Assembly: GCA_963707985.1 (NCBI GenBank)
Contig: CAVPRW010000017.1
Coordinates: 128,001-192,000, forward strand
Direction: 5' to 3'
Origin: an uncultured Nitrospinota bacterium
Lineage (GTDB): Bacteria; Tectomicrobia; Entotheonellia; J063; CAVPRW01
DNA length: 64,000 nt
Shown here: positions 19,124-28,582 of the stretch, piece after piece
Layout: each line of letters begins with the position of its first letter
Position numbering within the stretch: the first letter of the stretch is position 1
The notes under the pieces: model-generated
Databases searched by the model: none
What the model was told of the DNA's origin: nothing
The model's input: the letters and a program-made list of their open reading frames with translations, nothing else
Position numbers and translations under genes: made by a program

Positions 19124-19627
19124 TTATGGCGTGACTGGCCGCCATTCCATGAAGAGGTAGACGCCGTCGTCGTCCAGCGTGGTAAAGCCTAGGCGCTCGT
19201 AGAGCCGTTGGGCGCGGTTGAGCTTCTCCACGTGGATGCGGAAGGGTCTTCCAGTGCGCGCCGCTTCGGCGAGCAGGCCTTGCAGAATGGTGGTGCCGAT
19301 ACCGGCCTGCTGAAACTCCGGCAAGAGTGCGATATCGATGCCACGCGTTTCATCCGCTCTCCGCTCGATGTAGAGCCGGCCAATCGGGTGCTCACCGCGC
19401 AGGATAATGGTGAAGTCGGCCATGGGAAATTGCGCCAGGTAGGACTGTTGCTGGGCACGAAACTGCATCCTGAGGAAAGCCTCGCGCTGAGCCTTGCTCC
19501 AGCCCAGGGCAGCCAACTCATCCAGGCGGGTGCTGGCATAGACGTCGAAGAGAAATTCCTCATCCTCTGCGCGGATGGGGCGCACGGTGATGCCTTTGCC
19601 GTATTGGCACGAGCGGTCTTCATGCAT
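19124..19627 (-). CDS. GNAT N-acetyltransferase of the tail-collar-associated type
   Basis: FLFDVYASTRLDEL, FLRMQFRAQ, DIALLPEFQQAGIGT, AQRLYERLGF; overlaps the stop of the DUF6916 gene. Confidence 0.88.
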   Translation of the reverse strand: MHEDRSCQYGKGITVRPIRAEDEEFLFDVYASTRLDELAALGWSKAQREAFLRMQFRAQQQSYLAQFPMADFTIILRGEHPIGRLYIERRADETRGIDIALLPEFQQAGIGTTILQGLLAEAARTGRPFRIHVEKLNRAQRLYERLGFTTLDDDGVYLFMEWRPVTP

Positions 19628-19952
19628 CTGGGCGCCGGAATCGGTTGAAGACCGCCTCGTAATACACCCCGTCATGATCCTGCCCCACGGGCACCAGGAA
19701 TAATTCGAAGGCTCCGAGCTGGTTGTGCTGCAGCTGATACATCCCCTGCCGGAGTAGCATGTCACGCGGACCGTGGAAGACAAGAGAAAAGCGCTCCTGG
19801 CGGGAAGCAGCCGATGGGTGCTGGTGATCCGATGCTCCTTTCTCAGTCACTTCAACCAATTCCACTTCCATTACCAGTGTCGGCGAGACGTGGATGCTGA
19901 ATGGGGTGTTCAGTTGCGTGCTGAACGTCCCGGCGTGAAGATCGTCCGACAT
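19620..19952 (-). CDS. DUF6916 family protein
   Basis: FSLVFHGP..LLRQGMY..H..LG.FELFLVPVG....YYEAVFN signature. Confidence 0.85.
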   Translation of the reverse strand: MSDDLHAGTFSTQLNTPFSIHVSPTLVMEVELVEVTEKGASDHQHPSAASRQERFSLVFHGPRDMLLRQGMYQLQHNQLGAFELFLVPVGQDHDGVYYEAVFNRFRRPDA

Positions 19953-20033
19953 CGTCGTTCCCCCAATACCCAACAACAGAGACCAGTCAGTGCCCCGGCA
20001 CTGCATTTCGGAACCCCTGGCCGCCCACGGAGG

Positions 20034-20513
20034 CTAGAGGCAGAGGCCGGCGCATACTCCCGAACAGCACTGGGCACTGGTAGTGCACGCAGATCCCGTA
20101 CTTAAACACGACGCCGCCTCGACTGCCGTTGGTGCGACAATGCTCGTCACCAGCGGCAATGCTATCACTGCTCCCCATCCCAGCCGGCGCATCACCTCCC
20201 GCCGTGACACTTTGGCCCCGCCTCGCGGGGCCTGAAGCTGCTTCGCCAGCAGGCACGCCTTTCCCAGTTGCTGCAAGGCCAGCCACACGACATCTTCAGG
20301 AATTGGTGTGTGCATCTCCCGCTCCAGTATACTGGCCATTTGAGTCACAGTGGTTTGCCCGTCACAGTATTTCCAGACCAGCGCGGCCGTCTGGTTCAAG
20401 CAATGTGCCTTGTGCCTCTCCAGGTCGTAGACGAGCACTTCGTCAGGTAAAGCGTGGACCACCAATCCGTCTGCTCGTGCACACGGTCTGAGCTGAGCGT
20501 GTCCAACATTCAT
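20034..20513 (-). CDS. PqqD/RRE-domain protein fused to a Tat-like leader and a 6-Cys C-terminal peptide
   Basis: DEVLVYDL..HKAHCLNQTAALVWKYCDG (RRE); SRREVMRRLG plus hydrophobic stretch plus AVEAAS; CLSTGSACTTSAQCCSGVCAGLCL; AAGGAG RBS. Confidence 0.8.
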   Translation of the reverse strand: MNVGHAQLRPCARADGLVVHALPDEVLVYDLERHKAHCLNQTAALVWKYCDGQTTVTQMASILEREMHTPIPEDVVWLALQQLGKACLLAKQLQAPRGGAKVSRREVMRRLGWGAVIALPLVTSIVAPTAVEAASCLSTGSACTTSAQCCSGVCAGLCL

Positions 20514-20632
20514 ACCGACTCCTTGCATGTGGGCACCGCGTCCATCCCTGAATCGACCTCATCACCTCCACCGCTCTAAGATGCTGAGCCATCTCCCACC
20601 TTTGCTTAGGATAGGTGGACTCTGAGCTCGAA

Positions 20633-23600
20633 TTATTGGAATTTGAGGTGCATGGTCGGGTCTCCCAACAAGAATCCAGGTTTGCCGGACGTCGACATCA
20701 GACACCGCTGCCTTGGCTCGCCTGATAGCCTCCCCCAGTCTGAGCGGCTTGTCAGGTGGATTACTCTCCATGAACAACCCTCGAAACAGCTCCTGGTCCA
20801 TCGCGGCTTGACTGATCGGCCCGGTCATTCCCGATGGAGCCCAGACGGCCACCGCGCCTCCCTCCGCGGCGTGCAGCAGCGCTTCAGCCAAACTTTCGAG
20901 GGCCGCATCATGAAAATACCCATTGAGGCAGGTCATGGTGACAAAGACTGATAGTCGCTCACCATTATTCAGCTCAGCGGCATCCTCGGCAGTCAGAAGA
21001 TTGCCTCTCCAAAAATCCACCGAGCCATGTCCAATATAGTTGACGAGGGCTGGGCCGCGATTGATGCTCGCGATCAGTTGGCTCTTAGCCGTCGCGCTAT
21101 CCATCTGCCCTCGGTCGATTTCCTCTACAAACAAAGTGGGAGGAATCAATTCCCACAACGCTTCATTGATCGCCCCAAAGTCGGTTCCGTCATTGAGGTC
21201 CGTGACAAGTAGCACGCCGTTGCCCACTCCGGCCTGGTTGTAGCTCACGATCTTCGCCACCAAGCGGTCGATCTCCTCGACAGTTCGCCCTGGTAGCCGA
21301 CCCACAGCCATGTCCGCCAGCCCATCATGATCGACATCGGCTAGCCAGTCATCTGAGGCCGTTTCCATGAGTTGTGTATCGAGCAGCTTGGTCGGCACGA
21401 AGTCATGATAGCCATAGCCGAGGTGGTTGTTTGGGTCCCAGCTGGCATCACCGACGAGCAGCACAAAGCGGGGGGCCGGGGACCATTGCGTGGCGGCATA
21501 GCCGAGGAAGTCACGCACGGCGTATGGCGTCTTCTGGCCAGCGCTGAACTCATCGAAGATGTCCTCGACATCGACCACGGCCACGGACAAACCCTGATTC
21601 TGCCGCTGTGCCAGCAGTGGGCCGATGCTAGCGATGAAGTCGTGATGGCTGATGATGACCAGGTCGGCTCCATGGCCAGTCTGATGCCAGCGCGAGGGCT
21701 GATTTGGGGCGATGTTGGCCACCGTCTTCGCCTGCGCCGCAGTCAACGCCAGCAACGTCCTGAGCCCGCTGCCGGGCACGCTCAGGGTGACGGCAAACCC
21801 GCCAGCCTGCGTGTTGACGGTGCCGGTCACCTCGTACACTGCGTCAGCATCGGTGATATCTAAGACGCGAATCGCTGCGTTGCTGAACCCGCCAATAGTT
21901 ACCCGCTGTCGCCCTGTGGCGCTGAAGCGCAGCGCATCTCCGTCGGCCGTATAGGTACGCCAGTAGGTCAGGCGGACGGTATCGATCAGGCTGATGTCCC
22001 GCTCGCCACCGAGGGCGGTCAGTTCCACCTGGTTCGTTCCCTGGCGCAGCCAAGACGGGGCGAGGGGAAAGCTATCCAATCCAGGGGACTGGTCCTGAAA
22101 GGTAACCTCCCCGACCCTGACCCCATTCAGCGTTACCTGGACGCGATGCGCCCCCTGCGTCACGCCTTGTAGTGCCACCTCCAGCAGTGTAGTCCCGGAT
22201 GGAGCCGGGTCCAGATATGCCACCTGCAGCGATTCCACGGTCGGCTCTGGGCCGACAACGGCGCCAAAGAAGTTCTCCCGCTCGCCATTGCGCAGGGCAG
22301 AAAAATACACGGTGCGATCCTTGCGCTCGACAGTGTAGGGGAAACTGCGGTCCGCTGGCTGTCCGCCAAGCGCCGTCACTGGCCTGATACGGCGACCGGG
22401 CCCGCCTTGAGCTACCAACCAATACACCCGCGTGTCCGTCCAGGCCGCAGCCAGCCCCAACCCATAAAACTCAATGGCATCGCCGGGGTCGAGCCGGCCA
22501 TCTTCCTGACCAGTGATGAGCATGGGAACTTGTTGCCCATCGACGTAGAGATGCAGAAGGCGAGGGTCTACATTGGGAGGCAGCCCGGCAGACAGCAACT
22601 CGGGCACAGTGACGCGGTACCAGCCTTCTTGACGGATTGAGAGCTTCACCGCCGGATGGGCGGCTAGATAGGACTGCCACTTAGCGCGGGCGTTACTCAG
22701 CGTGACGGGCGAGACTCGCCGCTCCACGGGCGCGGTCGGAGGCGGGTAGACAGCCGCACCGCCCAAGCTGCTCAATAGCTTAGCCTGGGCTCGGTTGCCG
22801 GGTGGCAAGAGCCCGGGGCGCACCGGGCCACCGGCGGCAGCCGGACCGTGCCAGGTGCTGTGGCCACTGAGGTCGATAGCCTCTAGCCAATAGGGTCCGT
22901 CGCCAGGATCAGGCGGAGAGTCATCCCACCAGGCATAGGAGCGTCCAGCTTGTACCGTAGTGCCTGGTCCGACCATTAGGGCGGTGCCGGCGATCAGAGA
23001 CGGATTGATCTTCGTGCGCTGGCCGCCGGACTCGCGGTAGACGTTAAACCCGAGATTATCCACTTCAAACCCGGTTCGCCAGGCGACCTGCGTTCCCCCC
23101 TGTACGGATGGCGTCGCCGTAAGCGCTTCAACGGTGGCCAGTGTAGCGGAGCCGGTGGTCGTGGTGATGGTGATCAACCATCTTTGGAGGGTTCCTGTGG
23201 CTCCGCCTGTGTCAAGCTCTACCCACAATTCCCAGGTCCCATTGGGGCTTAAGCCCCCGAAGGCGGACGCGAACGATGAGCTGCCACTCGCACCAGTGCA
23301 CCCACTACCCGCGAACGTCAGTGTCAGCCCAGGATGCGCCGTTGGCAGGTTATTGAAGCTATTGATGGTTTCGACGGCTCCGTAAGTCGCAGGCTTGTAG
23401 TTGCCTGCGGGGACTGACGTCGCAGACGCGTTCGGCAGACACGTGCTTGCACTATCTGCGATGGTGAACGTGCCACTGAGGTTATCCGCGGCGCCCGTGG
23501 TCGAATCCGACCAAAATACCAGGTTATTGACACCATTGGGATGGATGAGCAAAATATCCAGATCGTCCCCAAACTGTGTACTGAGGTTAGTCAGCGTCGC

Positions 23601-23792
23601 CGACACATTCGTGATGGTCCCTGACAAGCCTGAGACGTCGACCGTCAATCTCACGGTTGTGGCGGTGAGGTTAACAGCGGCTACCTGCGCTTGTTGGCCG
23701 ATCAGGAGGACCGCCAACGCCAGGTAGAGGGCCAATATCCCGTGGAACGGCAAGGACCTCTGCCCGGGGCTGCGAGAGGTTCGTCGTCGCAT
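20633..23792 (-). CDS. Secreted C25 family (gingipain/PorU-like) cysteine peptidase with an N-terminal P-domain-like passenger; +1 frameshift near 20668
   Basis: VLLVGDA, VGRLP, NYIGHGS and MTCLNG (His/Cys dyad); removing one base restores the canonical ILLGDPTMHLKFQ-stop (TAA 20633-20635). Confidence 0.85.
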
Positions 23793-24099
23793 GCTACCTC
23801 CTCTGGTGTGCATGTGGTCGTTTTGTCCTCCACGGCGTCGGGCAGGTGGGGGTAACCCCAGGGCCGCGCCCAGACATGAGATCTGTTCGCCTCTGCGTTA
23901 TCCCTCGACCGAGAACCAGCTACGGACATCCTCGGTCTGCGGTCTTGAGACGGCAGAGCACCTGGCGGGTCGTCATCCCCTATCAATGCTGGGCTGGTTC
24001 TCTGCGAGCGCTCTCCCAGGAGACTACCGAACAACCCTCGGTGCTAGCGCTACACGAAACGTGCATAGCGATCCCTTGCAGGCGCGGGCCGTCATGGCT

Positions 24100-24618
24100 T
24101 CAGCTTCTGCTCGGGAAAATTCCCTCAAGCGCGATGCAATAGTTGAGGGTCAGGTACGGCTGTAAAACGTTGAAAGGCTGGCTTCCTCCGGTATTGCCGA
24201 TCATCTGCGGTGCCATCGTCCCCGGGGTTGTTATCGATGCGATATAAGGCGTCTCGGATGAATTCGCGAGATAAGTGTTTTCGATCCTTCCAGTATCGCC
24301 GCTATCGGCGTTGACGTTGACCAGGTGATTATGCGATGGCATCTGATTAACCGTCAGGGTGCCGGTCTCGGTGCCGCCTACCTGCCCAAGATCATAGTTC
24401 GAAAGGCCAGGCCCTTGCCCAGAGCCATTGGGGACGCGACCGCGCAGGTCCGGCAGCGCAAAGGTGGTCTGACCGTTGCCGCCGAAGGTGGTACCAAGAA
24501 GCGAAAATAATGCCGTATTTTGGGCGATGGGCAGGATTTGACCACTGCAGAAAGCCCAACCCCGTGGTGCAAAGTTATAGGGCACAAGCATAATTTGACC
24601 GAGGAACGGTTCGGACAT
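24100..24618 (-). CDS. Phage tail-collar domain ('microcystin-dependent protein' MdpB-like) protein
   Basis: MSEPFLGQI, FAPRGWAFC.GQ, NTALFSLLGTTFGGNG.TTFALPDLRGRVP, QPYL.LNYCIALEGIFP. Confidence 0.9.
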   Translation of the reverse strand: MSEPFLGQIMLVPYNFAPRGWAFCSGQILPIAQNTALFSLLGTTFGGNGQTTFALPDLRGRVPNGSGQGPGLSNYDLGQVGGTETGTLTVNQMPSHNHLVNVNADSGDTGRIENTYLANSSETPYIASITTPGTMAPQMIGNTGGSQPFNVLQPYLTLNYCIALEGIFPSRS

Positions 24619-24907
24619 AGTCTGCTTCTCCTTTGGCAAAGTCCGTTAACCTGGCTCTTCTCCTTGGCAACGAACACGCTGATCTGCAAGCGGCACGAGA
24701 ACAGCGCGCTGCTACCGGTGGCGATACCCATACGTCTCAATAGCGAGACATCTAAACTTATCCATTTTTATCAATTAATGTCAATAGAGATTTTATAGCT
24801 CCAGATTTTGGCTTGGCAATCACATCGCGGGCTGGGTGGGTTTCATGCCGGGATGAATGGTAGTGAGCTTACTCGGTTGATGTCTCAGTCATTCGGCGAT
24901 TGGCAGG

Positions 24908-26104
24908 TTAGATGAGGATGAGGGATTGTAGCGGTGGTAGGCCCAGGATCATGCGGCCCGCGGACTGGAACTGCGGCGCGGCTGTGCCGACATGCTGGGT
25001 GGCGGCATGGATGTCGCGGAGCGCCCGCTGCAGCGGGCTACTCCGGTAGTTGGCCGAGGCCCCGGCAATGGTATAGAGAATATCCACCGCCGCGGCCGCG
25101 CTGCGCGTGGCGTTGGCCGCGGCCAGCAGCAGGTCGGCGCGTTCGTCGAACGACACCTGCCCATGCGCGAGATGTGACTGCCAGGTCTGCTCGACTGTCG
25201 TGTGCAGCCAGGCACGAGCCGAGCGCACCAGCGCCACCGCCTCCGCGATGCGGACCTGGAACATCGAGCGGTCGCGCAACAGCTCCGTCCCAACATTGGG
25301 TTTCTTGGATTGCGCGAGCTTCAGACAGGCGTCCAAGGCACCCTGAGCGATGCCCAGGGCCACTGCACCGATCGGTAGGGCGAAGGAAGCATAGAGGACG
25401 TAGCGGTAGACAGGACTTTGGTAGCGCGCGCCTTGGGGTGTCATTCCAAGCTTGAACTCACACGTATAGCCAGCTGGCACGAACACCTGGTCGATCACCA
25501 CATCGTGGCTGCCGGTGCCAGCCAGGCCGCTGACGTCCCAGGTCTCGATGATGTTGGCCTGCCCCATGGGGATGAAAAACAGGCGCACCTCAGGCTCTCC
25601 ATCGACTGTGAGACGCCGCTGGTCGCCATCGAAGACCTCGCAGCAACAGAAGATCCAAGTGGAATGCTGACAACCGCTGGCATAGGGCCAGCGCCCCGTC
25701 ACCCGATAGCCGCTAGCGCTGACCACGGCCCTTCCATAGGGGTGCACAACGCCCGCGGTGATGCTCTGGGGGTTGCTGCCGAACACGTCTTCAGCAGCCT
25801 CGTCGGCCAGGAAAGCTCCCAGCAACGCATTACACGCCGCGATGAAGGCGCACCATCCGGTCGAGCCATCGATGCGCGCGATGGCCTCGACCACACGATA
25901 AAAAGTCAGCGGCTCGATTTCGAAGCCGCCGAGCGTGCACGGCGTATACATGCGAAAGATGCCGGCCTCTGCCAGCGCCGTGACGACCACTGCCGACAGG
26001 CGATGATTGTTCTCGGCCTCATCGGCATGAGCGCGAAGCAAGGGTTCAAGGCTCTGGACGACACTGAGAAGCCGATCGCAAGTCAGGGTGGTCTGGTCTG
26101 CCAT
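24908..26104 (-). CDS. Acyl-CoA dehydrogenase-fold flavin-dependent hydroxylase (HsaA-like)
   Basis: DGSTGW, GRWPYASGC, TWDVSGLAGTGSHD, LQRALRDIHAATQH. Confidence 0.88.
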   Translation of the reverse strand: MADQTTLTCDRLLSVVQSLEPLLRAHADEAENNHRLSAVVVTALAEAGIFRMYTPCTLGGFEIEPLTFYRVVEAIARIDGSTGWCAFIAACNALLGAFLADEAAEDVFGSNPQSITAGVVHPYGRAVVSASGYRVTGRWPYASGCQHSTWIFCCCEVFDGDQRRLTVDGEPEVRLFFIPMGQANIIETWDVSGLAGTGSHDVVIDQVFVPAGYTCEFKLGMTPQGARYQSPVYRYVLYASFALPIGAVALGIAQGALDACLKLAQSKKPNVGTELLRDRSMFQVRIAEAVALVRSARAWLHTTVEQTWQSHLAHGQVSFDERADLLLAAANATRSAAAAVDILYTIAGASANYRSSPLQRALRDIHAATQHVGTAAPQFQSAGRMILGLPPLQSLILI

Positions 26105-26135
26105 GAGGCACCTGGAAATGGTTTTGGGGCAGCGT

Positions 26136-26594
26136 TTAGCCTTCGTTGAGACCGCTGTCGAATTGGATCAGGATACCATCGGGATCATGCACATAGAAGC
26201 TGCGCACGCGGCCTTCCGCGTTGGTAAAGACCTCACGCGGCCCTCCTAATGGTACGCCCTTAGCTAATAGCTCTTGCATCAGGGCGTCGGTGTCGGGGAC
26301 GGTAAAGGAGAAGTGGGTAATTCCCACCTGATCGAGCTTAAGCGCTTGCCCGGCGATCTCTTCACCAGCGTGGCTGGTAATGGTGAGCGTCGGCTTCTTG
26401 GCAGCTCCGAAGCTGAGGCTGACCCGCCGGCGACTTCGGCGCACCTGCTGATAATTGTGGGTTCGCCCACCTTCCGTGGGGTCGGTCGGACCATCAAACA
26501 GCACCCTCATACCGAGGCTATCACGATAAAATGCCAAGGATTTTTCCATATCTCTGGTACAGATGGCGATGTGCGAAATTGCGCTAGCTTCCAT
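26136..26594 (-). CDS. VOC/glyoxalase family protein
   Basis: SHIAICTRDMEKSLAFY, GITHFSF, FYVHDPDGILIQ. Confidence 0.85.
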   Translation of the reverse strand: MEASAISHIAICTRDMEKSLAFYRDSLGMRVLFDGPTDPTEGGRTHNYQQVRRSRRRVSLSFGAAKKPTLTITSHAGEEIAGQALKLDQVGITHFSFTVPDTDALMQELLAKGVPLGGPREVFTNAEGRVRSFYVHDPDGILIQFDSGLNEG

Positions 26595-26726
26595 AAGCGA
26601 AGCTCCTCTCCGACGGTCGAGATGTCCGCATCTCCAGGGCCGGATTTTCCGGTTGACGAGCAGCGGCATACCCTGATGGATACGCCGCATTCCACCACTG
26701 GCGAAGGTGTCGAGATAACGCGCCTC

Positions 26727-27509
26727 CTAGCGCTCTCTCACGACTGGGTTACGTAGCACCCCTATGCCGGGAATCTCGACTTCAACCACATCGCCGTCCT
26801 TCATGTTCTCCGTTGCCCCGTCGGTTCCCATCCACAACACATCGCCCGGATACAGCGTCAAGTACTGACTCATGCGGCTGATGAACTGCCGCACGCTGAA
26901 AATCGCATCTTTGACGGCATAGCTGAACATCTCCTTGCCGTTGAGTCGGATCGTGACTTGAATGTCATCAGGGTTGAGTCCGGTGACGATCCACGGCCCC
27001 ATGGGCTTGAAGGTATCGGTGTTCTTGCCGCGCCAGAACGTTCGATCCCCGCGCTGCCAGGTGCGCTCGCTGACGTCATTACCGATCGTATACCCGAACA
27101 CATAGTCCAGCGCCTCGTCTTCCGAGACATGCTTACACTTCTTGCCGATCACCGCAACCAACTCGCCTTCATACTGGACCAGCTCCGTGGCATCTTTGGG
27201 GATGACGATCGGTTCGTCGTTGGCTACTAGCGCATTGTTGGCACGGTAGCCCACGTCGGCCGCAGGTGGAAACTCCGGCTCAACGCCGCGTCGTTTAGCC
27301 ATCTCGGTGACGTGCTCGCGGTAATTGATACCGGCTGCATAAAAGGTCGGTGGGATCACCGGCACGAGCAATTTGACCGCACTCAGGGGATACGTCGACG
27401 CTGTCCTGGCATGATTCTCGAACGGGCTCCCGGTAACTTCGGTTACTGTGTCGTTGTCGATGATGCCATATGCGACCTTCTGTCCTGATTGAAATCGACA
27501 CCATTTCAT
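26727..27509 (-). CDS. Fumarylacetoacetate hydrolase family protein
   Basis: YEGELVAVIG, GYTIGNDVSER, KNTDTFKPMGPWI, TLYPGDV. Confidence 0.9.
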   Translation of the reverse strand: MKWCRFQSGQKVAYGIIDNDTVTEVTGSPFENHARTASTYPLSAVKLLVPVIPPTFYAAGINYREHVTEMAKRRGVEPEFPPAADVGYRANNALVANDEPIVIPKDATELVQYEGELVAVIGKKCKHVSEDEALDYVFGYTIGNDVSERTWQRGDRTFWRGKNTDTFKPMGPWIVTGLNPDDIQVTIRLNGKEMFSYAVKDAIFSVRQFISRMSQYLTLYPGDVLWMGTDGATENMKDGDVVEVEIPGIGVLRNPVVRER

Positions 27510-27522
27510 GGCGAATCCTCCT

Positions 27523-28167
27523 CTATCGTTCGTCCGGTGTCTTATCGGAATCGACCTCCGGTACATCCTCTAAGTCAACAGCCAATGCCGCATCGATTAG
27601 ACGGTGCACCTCCGCGCGCAAGCCTGCCGTGCGGGCCACCTCACGCCCATGCGGTGACATCTTGCTCCAGGTCTTGCGCAGGATGCCGAGTGCCTTCGCA
27701 GCATCGTGCTGTCCAGCGAATTCGGCGCAATAACTCTCCAGAAACACCAGGCAGATGACATCTTCCAGACATTGCACCTCGGGATCGCGTTTCAGTCCCT
27801 CTTTGCGCAGCAGAGACCGCACGCGCTGAATCATCGGCTCCTCATAGCCCACTTCGCGAAGAATGGTAGTGGCCGTATCGGCATGAAATTTTGCCAGGGT
27901 TGTGCGCCACTGCAGATAGCCCCACCGATCCATTGGATACTGGTCGCGGGGAATCACCCAGCGGCGGATATGTTGGCTATGAGCGGCCAGGCGCAACGCC
28001 TCAGACGCCTCAGGGGCGAAGCGTTCCAGCCAGGCGGTCAGGCGCTGGGAGTAGAGGAGTTCCTTGGGATAGGCGACTCCATCGACAACCTCGTGGTGGG
28101 GATCCTCGCCATTGGCTGCATCAAAGCGACGTATAGCTTCACGAAAGCGTTCCGAATCGGCAGGCAT
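27523..28167 (-). CDS. DUF4202 family protein
   Basis: FDAANGEDP, PKELLYSQR, QHIRRW.IPR..YPM, LEDVICLVFL, KTWSKMS. Confidence 0.85.
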   Translation of the reverse strand: MPADSERFREAIRRFDAANGEDPHHEVVDGVAYPKELLYSQRLTAWLERFAPEASEALRLAAHSQHIRRWVIPRDQYPMDRWGYLQWRTTLAKFHADTATTILREVGYEEPMIQRVRSLLRKEGLKRDPEVQCLEDVICLVFLESYCAEFAGQHDAAKALGILRKTWSKMSPHGREVARTAGLRAEVHRLIDAALAVDLEDVPEVDSDKTPDER

Positions 28168-28427
28168 CGCCAGGGTCCTCTCGTGACAGACGATAAAAGA
28201 TTGGGGCACTTTGAACTCTCGGTTGCAGCTATTCTATCGTATCTCTGCCAGGGAGGGAAGATATTGCTGCATACCCCATGCTCCAGCGGGAAAATTCCCC
28301 CATAAAGCACTCGGGGATGCGCCATCAGGCATGCCTGCATGTGTAGGTAAGCAAAAAGCTTTTTTGAGCGCAAGTTTTTGGGCACAACCGGTTCATCTGA
28401 CCATGCCTCAAGATGGCCCAAAAGGCC

Positions 28428-28455
28428 TTGACCTACGCGCTATCGGAGGTATGAT
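28428..28455 (+). promoter_or_regulatory. Possible sigma70 promoter for the ABC operon
   Basis: TTGACC-N16-TATGAT. Confidence 0.4.
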
Positions 28456-28582
28456 ATTCGGCAGCTGCATAGCATGGACCGGCGTCGCGTTGCCACGGCT
28501 GCATCTCACGGGATTACCTCAGGACTGAGCCACCGCGCCACGGGCGCCAGGCGACCATGGAGAGCCATCCCACAGAAGCAGG

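Noticed and set aside
24100..24618. Prophage suggested by the tail-collar gene
   Set aside because: No capsid, terminase, baseplate, integrase or lysis genes nearby; this family commonly occurs outside phages.
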